DNA of 64,000 nucleotides from a bacterium (GTDB lineage Bacteria; JAAXHH01): NCBI GenBank assembly GCA_965202605.1, contig OZ241838.1, positions 3,325,008 to 3,389,007 of the forward strand, read 5' to 3'. Shown piece by piece: positions 52,089 to 62,397 of this stretch (position 1 is its first letter; each line of letters starts with the position of its first letter). The notes under the pieces were generated by a model. It saw only the letters and a program-made list of their open reading frames with translations, ran no database searches and was not told where the DNA came from. The position numbers and the translations under genes were made by a program.

Positions 52089-53177
52089 ATGAGCACCGAA
52101 CATGCTGGCCAGGAACACGGCATCAAGGCGGTAAACCAGGAATACACGCAGTACGACCAGGTGAAGAAGGAACAGACGTACAACCTGGCCGAAGGCGCGG
52201 CGCAAGAGGAATTCGACGAGGAAACGCGGATCAGGACCTGCGACATGAGCCTGTTCTATCACGGAGGTCCGGAGGGGAAGGCGCAGTTCGCCCGGGACAT
52301 CGGCGAGGCCATGGAGGGCATTGGCTTCGTCATCCTCGAGAACCACGAAATACCGCCCGGCCTGTACGTCGAGGTAGAACAAAAGGTGGCCGAGTTCTTC
52401 ACCGCCACGCCCATGGCGGACAAGATGAAGTACGAGGCCCAGCGTCAGGGCTCGGTCAACCAGGGCTATTTCCCCATCAAGCAGACCAGCCGGATGCATC
52501 CGGACCTCGTCGAGGGCTGGGTCTTCTGCCGCCGGGCCTTCGACCTGGGCGAGAACCCGGATTACCGGGAAACGGACTTCTGGCCCGCGGCCGGGTACGA
52601 ACCCTTCTTCCGGCAGGTCATCCAGCGTCACGAGAAGCTGATCCTGCCCCTCATGCAGAGCATCCTCACCTACCTGGGCTGTGACCCCTCGCTCTACGAC
52701 GACAAGCTCACGCGGACGAACTTCGGCTTCCGGCTGAACTACTACCCGCCCATAACGAAAGAGGACGACGAGTCCGGGGCCGGGCGCATGCTGGGCCACG
52801 AGGACGTGGACCTGTTCACCATCCTGCCCTCCCACGGGGCGGACGGCCTGCAGGTGCTGAACCGCGAGAATATGAAGTGGATCCGCCTCAATCCCCCTGA
52901 AGGAAGCATCATCATCAACACGGGCGACTACATGCAGCGGATCACCAACGACCGCCTGCCTTCCACGACCCACCGGGTCAGCAAGCCGCTCGACGCCAGC
53001 CTGTTCGAAACGGCCCGCATCAGCATCCCCATGGCCGTCTACGTCTGGGAGGAGGAGATGCTCGAGGTGCTGCCCAACACGGGCGAACCGAAGTACGAAC
53101 CCATCTCCGCGGTCCAGTTCCACACCCGGACCACGAGCAAGTATTACGGCGACGACTATGCGGTGGACGACGACTGA
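52089..53177 (+). CDS. 2-oxoglutarate/Fe(II)-dependent oxygenase (isopenicillin-N-synthase-like)
   Basis: HxD...H facial-triad context (HEDVDLFT...HRV) and overall 2OG-oxygenase-like sequence. Confidence 0.65.
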   Translation: MSTEHAGQEHGIKAVNQEYTQYDQVKKEQTYNLAEGAAQEEFDEETRIRTCDMSLFYHGGPEGKAQFARDIGEAMEGIGFVILENHEIPPGLYVEVEQKVAEFFTATPMADKMKYEAQRQGSVNQGYFPIKQTSRMHPDLVEGWVFCRRAFDLGENPDYRETDFWPAAGYEPFFRQVIQRHEKLILPLMQSILTYLGCDPSLYDDKLTRTNFGFRLNYYPPITKEDDESGAGRMLGHEDVDLFTILPSHGADGLQVLNRENMKWIRLNPPEGSIIINTGDYMQRITNDRLPSTTHRVSKPLDASLFETARISIPMAVYVWEEEMLEVLPNTGEPKYEPISAVQFHTRTTSKYYGDDYAVDDD

Positions 53178-53328
53178 AAAGATCGGGGCGGATGACGATT
53201 GAGAAAATCGCGGCGGACTGAGGTACTGCGATACCGCGACGGACGACGATCGACTCTTCCAGGATGATCGGCGATCGACACTAACAGGATAGCCGACGAC
53301 TGAGCCCTGGTCCGGGAAAGGAGAGCCC

Positions 53329-54102
53329 ATGACACCCCACGAACGATACCTCTTCGACCTGCAGGGCTTCATCGAAGTCCCGGACGCTCTCGACGCCGGG
53401 CAACTCGCCGAGTTGAACCGCATTCTCGACGACAAGATCGAAGATGCCATGGAACCCGGAGCCACCACCCACCGTTTCGGCTTCACCCTGCTCGACTGGG
53501 GACCCGCGTACCGGGCGTTGATCGACAACCCGAGGATAGATCCTTACCTGGAGCAACTGGTCGGACCAAAGTACCGGCTGGATCACGACTACGCCGACGT
53601 CATCCGGAAGGGAGACGGGCCCATCGGCACGACCCTCCACGGCGGGGCCATCCCCTTCGACCCGCTGTATTCCTACACCTGCGTCAACCAGGAGATCCGG
53701 TGCGGGCTGACCGTGGTCGCCTACAACCTGAAGGACGTGAACCCGGGCGACGGCGGCTTCGGGTGCGTGCCCGGCAGCCACAAGAGCAACTTCCGGTTCC
53801 CCGACGAATGGCGCAACCTCAAGACCGATCAGCCCTTCATCCGCGCCGTGACCGGCAAGGCGGGCACCGCCGTGATTTTCACCGAGGCGCTGACCCACGG
53901 TACCATGCCCTGGCACGGCGACGAGCGCCGCACCCTCTTCTACAAGTATTCGCCCAACTCGGTCTCCTGGTACGCCCGGTACTATGACCCGGAATGGTAC
54001 GACGATCTGACGGAAAAGCAGGGTCAGATCCTCGAGGCGCCGAACGCCAGGTACCGGAAGCGAGAACGGAGTCGACGCGGGATCGGGGTCGGGATGGAGT
54101 GA
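53329..54102 (+). CDS. Phytanoyl-CoA dioxygenase (PhyH) family protein
   Basis: PhyH-like sequence; third family member in this window. Confidence 0.65.
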   Translation: MTPHERYLFDLQGFIEVPDALDAGQLAELNRILDDKIEDAMEPGATTHRFGFTLLDWGPAYRALIDNPRIDPYLEQLVGPKYRLDHDYADVIRKGDGPIGTTLHGGAIPFDPLYSYTCVNQEIRCGLTVVAYNLKDVNPGDGGFGCVPGSHKSNFRFPDEWRNLKTDQPFIRAVTGKAGTAVIFTEALTHGTMPWHGDERRTLFYKYSPNSVSWYARYYDPEWYDDLTEKQGQILEAPNARYRKRERSRRGIGVGME

Positions 54103-54255
54103 AGAGAACATTAGAACATACGGAAACTGTACCTCGTCGCTTCAATCGTTGAAGATACGTATAAATGAAAGGGCTCCTGGGAGAGGGTTCGCTCAGTACG
54201 CGAGCGACATGCCAACCTGTTCCACCGGGAGCCTTTTGTAATTGATCACCCTACC

Positions 54256-56901
54256 ATGACCGTCATCACCGCGACCACCCGGCTTTCCCGCGAACTCCGC
54301 CAGGAATACGACCGGGAACAGCAGGCGGCGGGCCAGTCCTGCTGGCCGGCGGCGCATATCCTGCCTATGTCGGCCTGGTTGCAGGACCTGTGGAATACGT
54401 GGTTGTTTTCCGACCACGGGGCAGCCGCATCAGACCGGCTGCTCTGGCCGGCCGAGGAACGGGTCATCTGGGAAGAGATCATTCGTTCGCAGACCGGCAA
54501 CACGCTGCTGGACATCCCCGCGACGGCCGAGGCGGCACTCAAATCCTGGGGCCTTGTATGCGACTGGGACCTGTCGCTCGACGCGCCGGAGTGGCAGGAT
54601 TCCGCGGATCCGGAAGCCTTCCAGGCGTGGGCCCGGGCGTTCCGAAGGCACTGCCGCGAGAACGGCTGGTTCTCAAACGCGGAACTGCCCTCGATGCTCG
54701 CGGGCCTCATCGAACGGGGAGAGGTTCCCGTCCCCGAGGAAGTCGAGTTCGCGGGGTTCCATGAACGGACGCCTGGCCAGCAACGGCTGGTAGATGCCCT
54801 GGCCAAGCGCGGGGTGGATGTGCGGGAACGTGAACACCCGGATGCCCGGGGCGAGGCCGTGCGCGTGGGCCTGCCTGACGCCAGTCGTGAAATCCGCGCC
54901 GCCGCCGAATGGGCCCGGCGGATTCTGGAAACCGAACCTGATTCCGCTTCCCCGGCCTTCCAGATCGGCATCGTCGTTCCCGAACTGGAGCAGCACCGCA
55001 GCGAGATCGAGCGCGTCTTCGGCGAAGTGTTCCATCCCCGCACCCGGCTCCGACCGGACCTGGACCCCAATCGGCTCTTCAACATCTCCCTCGGCCTGCC
55101 TGTCGGCGAATATCCGCTTATCAATACGGCGTTCCTGATCCTGGAGACGGACCCCCGGGACATCCCGATCGAGCAGGCCAGCCGGATATTGCGCTCGCCG
55201 TTCCTGCTCGGCTCCGAGACGGAGATGACGAGCCGCGCCCTGCTGGACGTAACCCTGCGATCGCGGCGACAGACCCATGTTTCACTCTGGGACATCATCG
55301 GCCTGGCCCGGGACGAGGACACCGCCCACCACTGTCCCGGGCTTGTCGCCCGCTTCGGGTCGTGGACGAACCGGTACAGGACTCTCCAGACCCCGCGCAT
55401 GCCGAGCGACTGGGCGCCGGTCCTCTCGGATTTCCTTGGGCACCTCGGATGGCCGGGAGACAGGGCACTCGACAGTACAGAGTACCAGACCCTGGAAGTC
55501 TGGAGAGAGCTGCTTGCCGAACTCTCGAAACTGGATAGCGTCTCGGGGCCCGTTCCGCTCGGTGCGGCGACAGGCATCCTGCGAGACCTGGCGTCATCCC
55601 GGCTGTTCCAACCGGAGTCGGCGCGTGCGCCGGTCCAGATCCTGGGCCTGCTCGAAACCGCCGGCCTCCGCTTCGACAGGCTCTGGACCATGGGCATGCA
55701 CGACGGCGCGTGGCCGGCGGTCCGGCGGCCCGATCCGTTCCTTCCCCTTCGCCTGCAGCGCCGTTTCGAGCTGCCCGGGTCGTCCCCGGCGCGGGAACTG
55801 GACTATCACCGTATGCTCACCGGCCATCTGCTTTCGAGCGCGCCGTCGATTGTCGTCAGCTATCCCGAGCGGGAAGAGGATGCGGACCTCAGGGTCAGCC
55901 CCCTTTTCGATTCGCTGCCGCAAAAACCTGTCGCCGATCTGGAACTGCTCACATCTGCCGGTTACGCGGAACAACTCCTGGACGCTTCCACCGTGGAGAC
56001 CATACACGATCACCGTGGCCCTCCGTGCGGCGATGCGGCGCTTACCGGCGGGACCTACCTGTTCACGCTCCAGGCGGCCTGTCCCTTCAAGGCCTTCGCC
56101 GAACTGCGGCTTGGCGCCAGGGTGCCGGATGAGGCGGCGCCGGGATTGGACGCGCTGGACCGGGGGAACCTGGTTCACCGCATTCTCGAGCGGGTCTGGG
56201 AACGACTGCGGTCGCACGACGGGCTGCTTTCCGAGACGGAGGACGACCTGGAGGTTCTCGTGCGCCTGCGCGTCAGTACCGAGATCCTGAATCAACTGGG
56301 CGACCGGGCGCTACGCAATCCCCGTTTCGTTGAAATCGAGCAGGCGCGGCTGGAAGGCATCATCGGGAACTGGTTGCGTCTGGAAATGGATCGATCGCCC
56401 TTCACGGTGCTCGAGCAGGAGAAGTGGCAACGGGCAACGGTGGGCGGCATCGAGGTGAGTATCCGGGCCGACCGGGTGGACCGTCTCGAGAACGAGGAAA
56501 TCGTCATCATCGACTACAAGACGGGAGCGTGCAGTCCGTCCGGCTGGGAGGGACCCCGGCCGGATGAGCCCCAACTGCCCATCTATGCCGTGGCCACGGA
56601 CGATCACGTCGCGGGCGTGGTCTTCGGCAGGATTACGGCCGGGAAAGTGGAATTCCGGGGTCTGGCCAAGTCCGCTGAAATCGTTCCCGGGCGCGGTGTC
56701 AAGGCGCCCGACGGCGAGGCGGCGCTGGCGGACACGATCGAAGCGTGGGGAGAGGTCCTGGAAAAACTCGGCCGCGACTACAGAATGGGCATGGCGTCAG
56801 TCGATCCCAAGAACCCCCACCAGACCTGCAGGTATTGCGCGCTGCCGTCCCTGTGCCGAATAAGCCAGGGCACCGTCGAACTGGAGGATGGCGATGACTG
56901 A
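54256..56901 (+). CDS. AddB-like PD-(D/E)xK nuclease subunit of an AddAB-type helicase-nuclease
   Basis: C-terminal RecB-family nuclease motif (IVIIDYKTG) flanked by a four-Cys cluster (incl. CRYCALPSLC) as in AddB iron-staple domains. Precedes and overlaps the UvrD-like gene. Confidence 0.6.
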   Translation: MTVITATTRLSRELRQEYDREQQAAGQSCWPAAHILPMSAWLQDLWNTWLFSDHGAAASDRLLWPAEERVIWEEIIRSQTGNTLLDIPATAEAALKSWGLVCDWDLSLDAPEWQDSADPEAFQAWARAFRRHCRENGWFSNAELPSMLAGLIERGEVPVPEEVEFAGFHERTPGQQRLVDALAKRGVDVREREHPDARGEAVRVGLPDASREIRAAAEWARRILETEPDSASPAFQIGIVVPELEQHRSEIERVFGEVFHPRTRLRPDLDPNRLFNISLGLPVGEYPLINTAFLILETDPRDIPIEQASRILRSPFLLGSETEMTSRALLDVTLRSRRQTHVSLWDIIGLARDEDTAHHCPGLVARFGSWTNRYRTLQTPRMPSDWAPVLSDFLGHLGWPGDRALDSTEYQTLEVWRELLAELSKLDSVSGPVPLGAATGILRDLASSRLFQPESARAPVQILGLLETAGLRFDRLWTMGMHDGAWPAVRRPDPFLPLRLQRRFELPGSSPARELDYHRMLTGHLLSSAPSIVVSYPEREEDADLRVSPLFDSLPQKPVADLELLTSAGYAEQLLDASTVETIHDHRGPPCGDAALTGGTYLFTLQAACPFKAFAELRLGARVPDEAAPGLDALDRGNLVHRILERVWERLRSHDGLLSETEDDLEVLVRLRVSTEILNQLGDRALRNPRFVEIEQARLEGIIGNWLRLEMDRSPFTVLEQEKWQRATVGGIEVSIRADRVDRLENEEIVIIDYKTGACSPSGWEGPRPDEPQLPIYAVATDDHVAGVVFGRITAGKVEFRGLAKSAEIVPGRGVKAPDGEAALADTIEAWGEVLEKLGRDYRMGMASVDPKNPHQTCRYCALPSLCRISQGTVELEDGDD

Positions 56902-59900
56902 CCTCATGCCGGACTGGGAACAGCGTCTGCGGGCGCTTGACCCCACCCAATCCTTCATCGTGCAGGCGCCCGCGGGATCCGGGAAGACCGAATTGCTGAT
57001 CCGTCGGTACCTGACGCTGCTGGCCCGGGTGGACCGGCCCGAGGCCGTCGTCGCCATTACCTTTACACGGAAGGCGGCCGCGGAGATGCGACACCGGATC
57101 ATCGCCGCCCTGCAGCGCGCCGCCGGTCCCCAGCCGTCGACCCCCCATGAAAAGCACACCTGGCAACTCGCCCGGGACGCCCTGGACCGAAACAACAGGT
57201 TGAACTGGCGTCTGGCCGAACACCCGTCGCGTCTTCGAATCCAGACGATCGACTCGCTGTGCGCCATGCTGGTCCGGCAGATGCCCTGGGTTTCCCGCAT
57301 GGGCGCGGCGCGGCAGCCGGTCGACGACGCCGGGTACCTGTATGACCGCGCGGCCCGCCTGACGGTGGCCTCCTTGGATACCGAGGGAACGCCCGACGAC
57401 GTATCAGAGGCGTTGTCCAGGCTGTTGGCGCACCTGGACAACTACGTCGGAAGGATCGAGCGGTTGTTGAGCATCATGCTGGGGAGCCGGGACCAGTGGA
57501 TGCGACATGTGGCCGGTAAGTCGGCGCCCAAGCCCGACCCGGCGCCTGGGCCCGATATGACGCCTAACACCGACGCGGTACCTGGGTTCGATAGGGCTCC
57601 CGGACCCCATGCGGCGCCTGGACCCGATACGGCGTCCAGTGCCGACGCGCTGCGGGCCGAACTCGAGGCCACGATCCAGCGGGTTGTCGAAGGCGCCTTG
57701 CAGGCGGCCGACGCGGCATTCCCCGCGGGCTACCGGACCGAGGCCGTGGAACTCGCCCGTTTCGCGGCCGGCAATCTTCGGAACGAAGGCCATGCAGACG
57801 GCCATGCCACCGGCCAGACGACCGCCCTGGACGCCTGTTTCAATCTCCAGGCCTTCCCCGATGCCTCGGCCGATTCGCTGCCTGCCTGGCTGGGACTCGC
57901 CGAGATGTTCCTGACCGCGCAGGGGCTACGGCGCCAAAGTCTCACAAAGAGACAGGGATTTCCGGCTGGCAGCGCCGGACGCGACGCCAAGGCACGGCTC
58001 GCCGGCATCGAACTGGACGATGACGCCGTCGCCTCCCTGCACGCGTTGCGATCCCTGCCCCTGCCGCGTTTCGAGGAGACACAGTGGGAAATCCTGAACG
58101 CCCTGATGCTCCTGTTGCCGCTGGCCGTCAATCAGCTCCGGCGGGTGTTCCAGGAAGAAGGGTGCGTGGATTTCACGGAGATCGCGATCGGCGCGCGAAC
58201 CGCCCTGGGGACGGACTCGGCGCCGACCGACCTGGCCCATGCGCTTGACTGCGAGATCCGGCATCTGCTGATCGACGAGTTCCAGGACACGTCCCAGAGC
58301 CAGTATGACCTGATCTGCCGGCTCATCAGGGACTGGCAGCCCGGAGATGGCCGGACGCTGTTCCTGGTCGGCGACCCGATGCAGTCTATCTACGGCTTCC
58401 GCGAGGCCGAAGTGGGCCTCTTCCTGCAGGCCCGGAAGAACGGGATCGGCGCGGTCGGGTTGACTCCCCTCACGCTGTCGGTCAATTTCCGTTCCTTCCC
58501 GGCCATCGTGGGATGGGTGAACGGCGCGATGAATGAGGCGTTCCCCGACGCCGAGAACGTACTCACCGGAGCGGTGACGTACAAACCCGCCGAGGCGTTC
58601 AAGGACACAAATTCCGACAGCGCCGTACGCGTACATCCGTTCCTGGGAGCGGAGCCCGAAGCCGAGGCCGACCGTGTCGTCGAGATCATCGACGAGACCC
58701 AGGCGAAGTGGCCGGAGGAGACCATCACCGTGCTGGTCCTGGCCCGCAATCACCTGTTCGGTATCGTCTCCGCACTCCACCGGAACAGGAAGCAGTTCCG
58801 CGCCGTGGAGATCGACGCGCTGGGCGAGCGTCCGGTAGTGCAGGACCTGATGGCGCTGACGCAGGCGCTCGTGCACACGGGCAACCGCCTGGCCTGGCTG
58901 TCGATCCTGCGGGCGCCGTGGTGCGGGCTCACGCTCGCGGATCTCGAGACGCTGGCCGGCGGCGACACCCCGCGCGCCGTCTGGGACCTGCTCCGGGACC
59001 CCGAGCGGGTGGAAGGACTGTCTCCCGACGGCCGGGCGCGAATCGGCCGCATGATTCCTGTCATAAACGACGCGTTCGACAAGCGAGGCCGGCTGCCCCT
59101 TCGCCGGCTGGTGGAAGGCGTCTGGACCGCGCTGGGCGGCCCGGCCTGCCTGGAAAACCGGACGGAGCTTGAAGACGCCGCGGCCTACCTGGATCTACTG
59201 GAAAAAGCGCAGGACGGACTGGGCATTCCGAACGAGAGGAAGTTCGCCGAAGACGTCACCCGGCTGTTCGCGGGCGCCGACGTCGAGGCCAGCGCGAACC
59301 TGCAGTTGATGACGATCCACAAGGCCAAGGGGCTGGAGTTCGACACGGTGATCCTGCCGGGCCTGGGCCGGCGCACGCGGCCTGAGGAACAGCAGCTCCT
59401 TTTGTGGCGCGAGTACATGGAAGGGGATAAATCCCGTCTGCTGCTGGCGCCGATACCCGGCGTCGGCGGAGACAGGGATCCCCTGTACGCGAGTCTGCAG
59501 AACGTGAACGCGAAGAAGCGGGCGCACGAAAGAACCCGACTTCTGTACGTGGCGACGACGCGGGCCCGGAAGTGCCTGCATCTGCTGGGGCACACCAACC
59601 TGGATTCAGACGACGAATCGATGAAAAGTCCCGATCCCCGTACGCTATTGGCGGAAGTATGGCACACGGTCGAACCGGATTTCGAGGCAGCGTGGGCGGC
59701 ACGCAAAAAGGCGGAGGATCAAACGGATCAATCGGAGAACGAGGCTGAAGACGATACAGTCGACGAACAGCTTCGCGGCGTCCCGCTCCAGCGCCTGTCC
59801 GCGGACTGGAATCCCCTGCCCCTGCCTGAAGATATCGATCTGGAGCCGCAGCAGCAGCCGGCCGAGACCGCAGACGCCGGCGCGCACCATCCAACCTTCG

Positions 59901-60424
59901 AGTGGGCGAGTGAACTTCAGCGGCGCGTGGGGGTCGTCGTGCACGAGATGCTCCGGCGGATGCGGGTCCCGGATCACGTGGATTTCAGCGAGGAGACCGT
60001 CCGTACCGCGCTCAGGCGGGAAGGACTGGACGGCGACAAGCTCGACGAGGCGGTCTCCCGTACGGTATCGGCCCTGATGAATACCATGCGCGACGACCGC
60101 GGCCGATGGATCCTGTCGCGCCACGAAAGTGACGAGAGGGAGTTCGAGCTATCGACAATGGCACAGGGCAGGTTCCGGCGTTACATCGTGGATCGGACCT
60201 TCGTGGACGATGGCAGGCGCTGGATCATCGACTACAAAACGAGCGCCCATGCCGGGGGAGACCTGGAAGGCTTCCTCGACAACGAACGAGAGCGGTACCG
60301 CGACCAGTTGGAAGGTTATGCTAGCCTGATACGGACCATGGATTCCCGGCCCATTACCCTCGGCCTGTATTTCCCGTTGCTGCAGGGGTGGAGGGAGTGG
60401 GGGTTTGAGGGAGATGCGGGGTGA
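56888..60424 (+). CDS. AddA-like UvrD-family helicase with C-terminal RecB-type nuclease domain
   Basis: Walker A APAGSGKT, motif II LIDEFQDTSQ, C-terminal nuclease motif WIIDYKTS. Start overlaps the addB-like stop. Confidence 0.75.
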   Translation: MAMTDLMPDWEQRLRALDPTQSFIVQAPAGSGKTELLIRRYLTLLARVDRPEAVVAITFTRKAAAEMRHRIIAALQRAAGPQPSTPHEKHTWQLARDALDRNNRLNWRLAEHPSRLRIQTIDSLCAMLVRQMPWVSRMGAARQPVDDAGYLYDRAARLTVASLDTEGTPDDVSEALSRLLAHLDNYVGRIERLLSIMLGSRDQWMRHVAGKSAPKPDPAPGPDMTPNTDAVPGFDRAPGPHAAPGPDTASSADALRAELEATIQRVVEGALQAADAAFPAGYRTEAVELARFAAGNLRNEGHADGHATGQTTALDACFNLQAFPDASADSLPAWLGLAEMFLTAQGLRRQSLTKRQGFPAGSAGRDAKARLAGIELDDDAVASLHALRSLPLPRFEETQWEILNALMLLLPLAVNQLRRVFQEEGCVDFTEIAIGARTALGTDSAPTDLAHALDCEIRHLLIDEFQDTSQSQYDLICRLIRDWQPGDGRTLFLVGDPMQSIYGFREAEVGLFLQARKNGIGAVGLTPLTLSVNFRSFPAIVGWVNGAMNEAFPDAENVLTGAVTYKPAEAFKDTNSDSAVRVHPFLGAEPEAEADRVVEIIDETQAKWPEETITVLVLARNHLFGIVSALHRNRKQFRAVEIDALGERPVVQDLMALTQALVHTGNRLAWLSILRAPWCGLTLADLETLAGGDTPRAVWDLLRDPERVEGLSPDGRARIGRMIPVINDAFDKRGRLPLRRLVEGVWTALGGPACLENRTELEDAAAYLDLLEKAQDGLGIPNERKFAEDVTRLFAGADVEASANLQLMTIHKAKGLEFDTVILPGLGRRTRPEEQQLLLWREYMEGDKSRLLLAPIPGVGGDRDPLYASLQNVNAKKRAHERTRLLYVATTRARKCLHLLGHTNLDSDDESMKSPDPRTLLAEVWHTVEPDFEAAWAARKKAEDQTDQSENEAEDDTVDEQLRGVPLQRLSADWNPLPLPEDIDLEPQQQPAETADAGAHHPTFEWASELQRRVGVVVHEMLRRMRVPDHVDFSEETVRTALRREGLDGDKLDEAVSRTVSALMNTMRDDRGRWILSRHESDEREFELSTMAQGRFRRYIVDRTFVDDGRRWIIDYKTSAHAGGDLEGFLDNERERYRDQLEGYASLIRTMDSRPITLGLYFPLLQGWREWGFEGDAG

Positions 60425-60480
60425 AACGTATCCGATCCCGCCATTATTCCACCATGCCGGAGCGCCTTGCCAAAACCCTA

Positions 60481-60510
60481 TTGAAAAGTGTATTCCAATT
60501 CGACTATAAC
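60481..60510 (+). promoter_or_regulatory. Sigma70-like promoter candidate upstream of the N6-methyltransferase gene
   Basis: TTGAAA at 60481-60486, 18-bp spacer, TATAAC at 60505-60510; a second TATAAT at 60517-60522. AT-rich spacer in an otherwise GC-rich region. Confidence 0.3.
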
Positions 60511-60567
60511 TATTGTATATAATTCCCTGGTAGTATACTTGCCAGCCAGGATTTCGGCGCAGTAGGA

Positions 60568-62397
60568 ATGCCTGAGAAGGGAATCATCTTGGCGACCGCA
60601 ACAGCGCCCGTGGCAGACAGACACGAAATAACATCGCCAACTTCGGCGCAGACCGATCTCGAATACGGGTCAATGAGGGCCCGGGGGCTTGTAGCGTCGG
60701 TAAAACCTGAAGACCGACTCGATTTCGCACGCGCGATGGTATCCGGCGTGGTCTGTGCATATTGGGAAGGGCTACAGTCAAGGTCACGCTCGCTTCTACC
60801 GCTACGAAAACCGCCATTCGATTACCAGGCCACGCCCATACCGCCGGAAGCCAGCGCACTGGCGGAATCCATCGGAACGACCGCAAGCCTGCTGGACCCG
60901 CCGGACGCCAGCTACCGGATAGGCATGATCTACACAGGGATGATGCCGGACAGGTTGCGGGCAGAACTAGGCGCGTATTACACGCCACCGGCGCTATGCG
61001 AGCGATTACTGGACATGGCAACCGAGGCCGGCGTCGATTGGCATTCAGCCCGAATTCTCGATCCTGCGTGCGGAGGAGGTGCATTCCTGGCTCCGGTGGC
61101 GCGTCGAATCGTGGAAAACCTGGACGATTCCAGTGCTGAAACCGTACTGGAGAATATCCAGAACCGGTTGTACGGGTTCGAACTTGATCCGTTCGCGGCC
61201 TGGCTGTCGCAGGTATTTCTCGATGTGACACTCGGCGAGTTGTACCGTGTGGCAGGAACCCGGCTTCGTTCCATCGTGCAAGTGCACGATACAATGGAGC
61301 AGACTCCGCACGAAGAAGGGTTCGATCTTGTCGTTGGAAACCCACCGTATGGAAGGGTCTCGTTGTCGACAGAACTGCGTAGCCGGTTCCGCCGCAGCTT
61401 GTTTGGCCACGCGAACTTGTATGGCGTGTTTACCGATCTGGCGTTGCGCTTTGCGCGGCCTGGGGGAGTAATCGCATTCGTGACGCCCACAAGCTTTCTT
61501 GCCGGCGAATATTTCAAGAATCTGCGCGGTCTGCTTGGCCGGGAAGCTCCACCTGTGAGCATCGACTTTGTTGGCGAACGTAAGGGAGTTTTTACTGATG
61601 TGTTGCAGGAAACCCTGTTGGCAACCTATCGACGCGGCGGCAACTCAGATGTAGGCAAGGTGCATTTCATTACGCCTGGACCGGATGGATCGATTACAAC
61701 AAAGAGCGCAGGGTCCTTCGGTTTACCTGATGAACCGACCCAACCGTGGGTTATGCCACGATCTGAAGAGCAATGCTGTTTGGTGCGCCAGGCTGAGAGA
61801 CTGGTGTACCGACTGACCGACTACGGCTACACGGTAAGCACCGGCCCCCTGGTATGGAACAGACACAAGGAGGGTCTGAGGGACGGACCCGGGAAGGGAC
61901 GATATCCGTTGGTCTGGGCGGAATCGGTGCGTTCGCACGGTGCGTTTGAATTCCGGGCGGTCAAGCGGAATCACGAACCGTACTTCGAACCAAAGCCGAA
62001 CGAACGCTGGGTGGTCACCGATTCGCCGTGCGTGCTGTTGCAAAGGACCACGTCGAAGGAGCAAAATCGACGTTTGAAAGCGGCGGAGTTACCCATCTCC
62101 TTCGTCGAGCAACACGACGGCGTGGTTGTCGAGAACCATTTGAACATGATCAAGCCGCTCGACGGCGAGCCCAAGGTGACCCCTGCGGCGTTGTCGGCAT
62201 TGTTGAACAGCGAAGTGGTGGACAGACTGTTCCGCTGCATAAACGGCAGCGTCGCGGTATCCGCCTATGAACTGAAATCGTTGCCCCTCCCATCTCCCGA
62301 TGACATGAAAGCAATTGAGCAGATGGTGAATCGCCATGCGAAACGAAATGCAGTAGAACAGGCGGTGGAGCGTCTGTACAGCGTCGAGGAGACCTGA
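60568..62397 (+). CDS. N6-adenine-specific DNA methyltransferase (gamma-class, Eco57I/TaqI-like type II MTase)
   Basis: Motif X (GAYYTPP), motif I (ILDPACGGGAFL), motif IV (VVGNPPYGR) in X-I-IV order, followed by a C-terminal target-recognition region. Confidence 0.8.
   Translation: MPEKGIILATATAPVADRHEITSPTSAQTDLEYGSMRARGLVASVKPEDRLDFARAMVSGVVCAYWEGLQSRSRSLLPLRKPPFDYQATPIPPEASALAESIGTTASLLDPPDASYRIGMIYTGMMPDRLRAELGAYYTPPALCERLLDMATEAGVDWHSARILDPACGGGAFLAPVARRIVENLDDSSAETVLENIQNRLYGFELDPFAAWLSQVFLDVTLGELYRVAGTRLRSIVQVHDTMEQTPHEEGFDLVVGNPPYGRVSLSTELRSRFRRSLFGHANLYGVFTDLALRFARPGGVIAFVTPTSFLAGEYFKNLRGLLGREAPPVSIDFVGERKGVFTDVLQETLLATYRRGGNSDVGKVHFITPGPDGSITTKSAGSFGLPDEPTQPWVMPRSEEQCCLVRQAERLVYRLTDYGYTVSTGPLVWNRHKEGLRDGPGKGRYPLVWAESVRSHGAFEFRAVKRNHEPYFEPKPNERWVVTDSPCVLLQRTTSKEQNRRLKAAELPISFVEQHDGVVVENHLNMIKPLDGEPKVTPAALSALLNSEVVDRLFRCINGSVAVSAYELKSLPLPSPDDMKAIEQMVNRHAKRNAVEQAVERLYSVEET

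Noticed and set aside
54246-55697. 483-aa minus-strand ORF antisense to the addB-like gene
   Set aside because: Ser/Arg-rich low-complexity shadow ORF.
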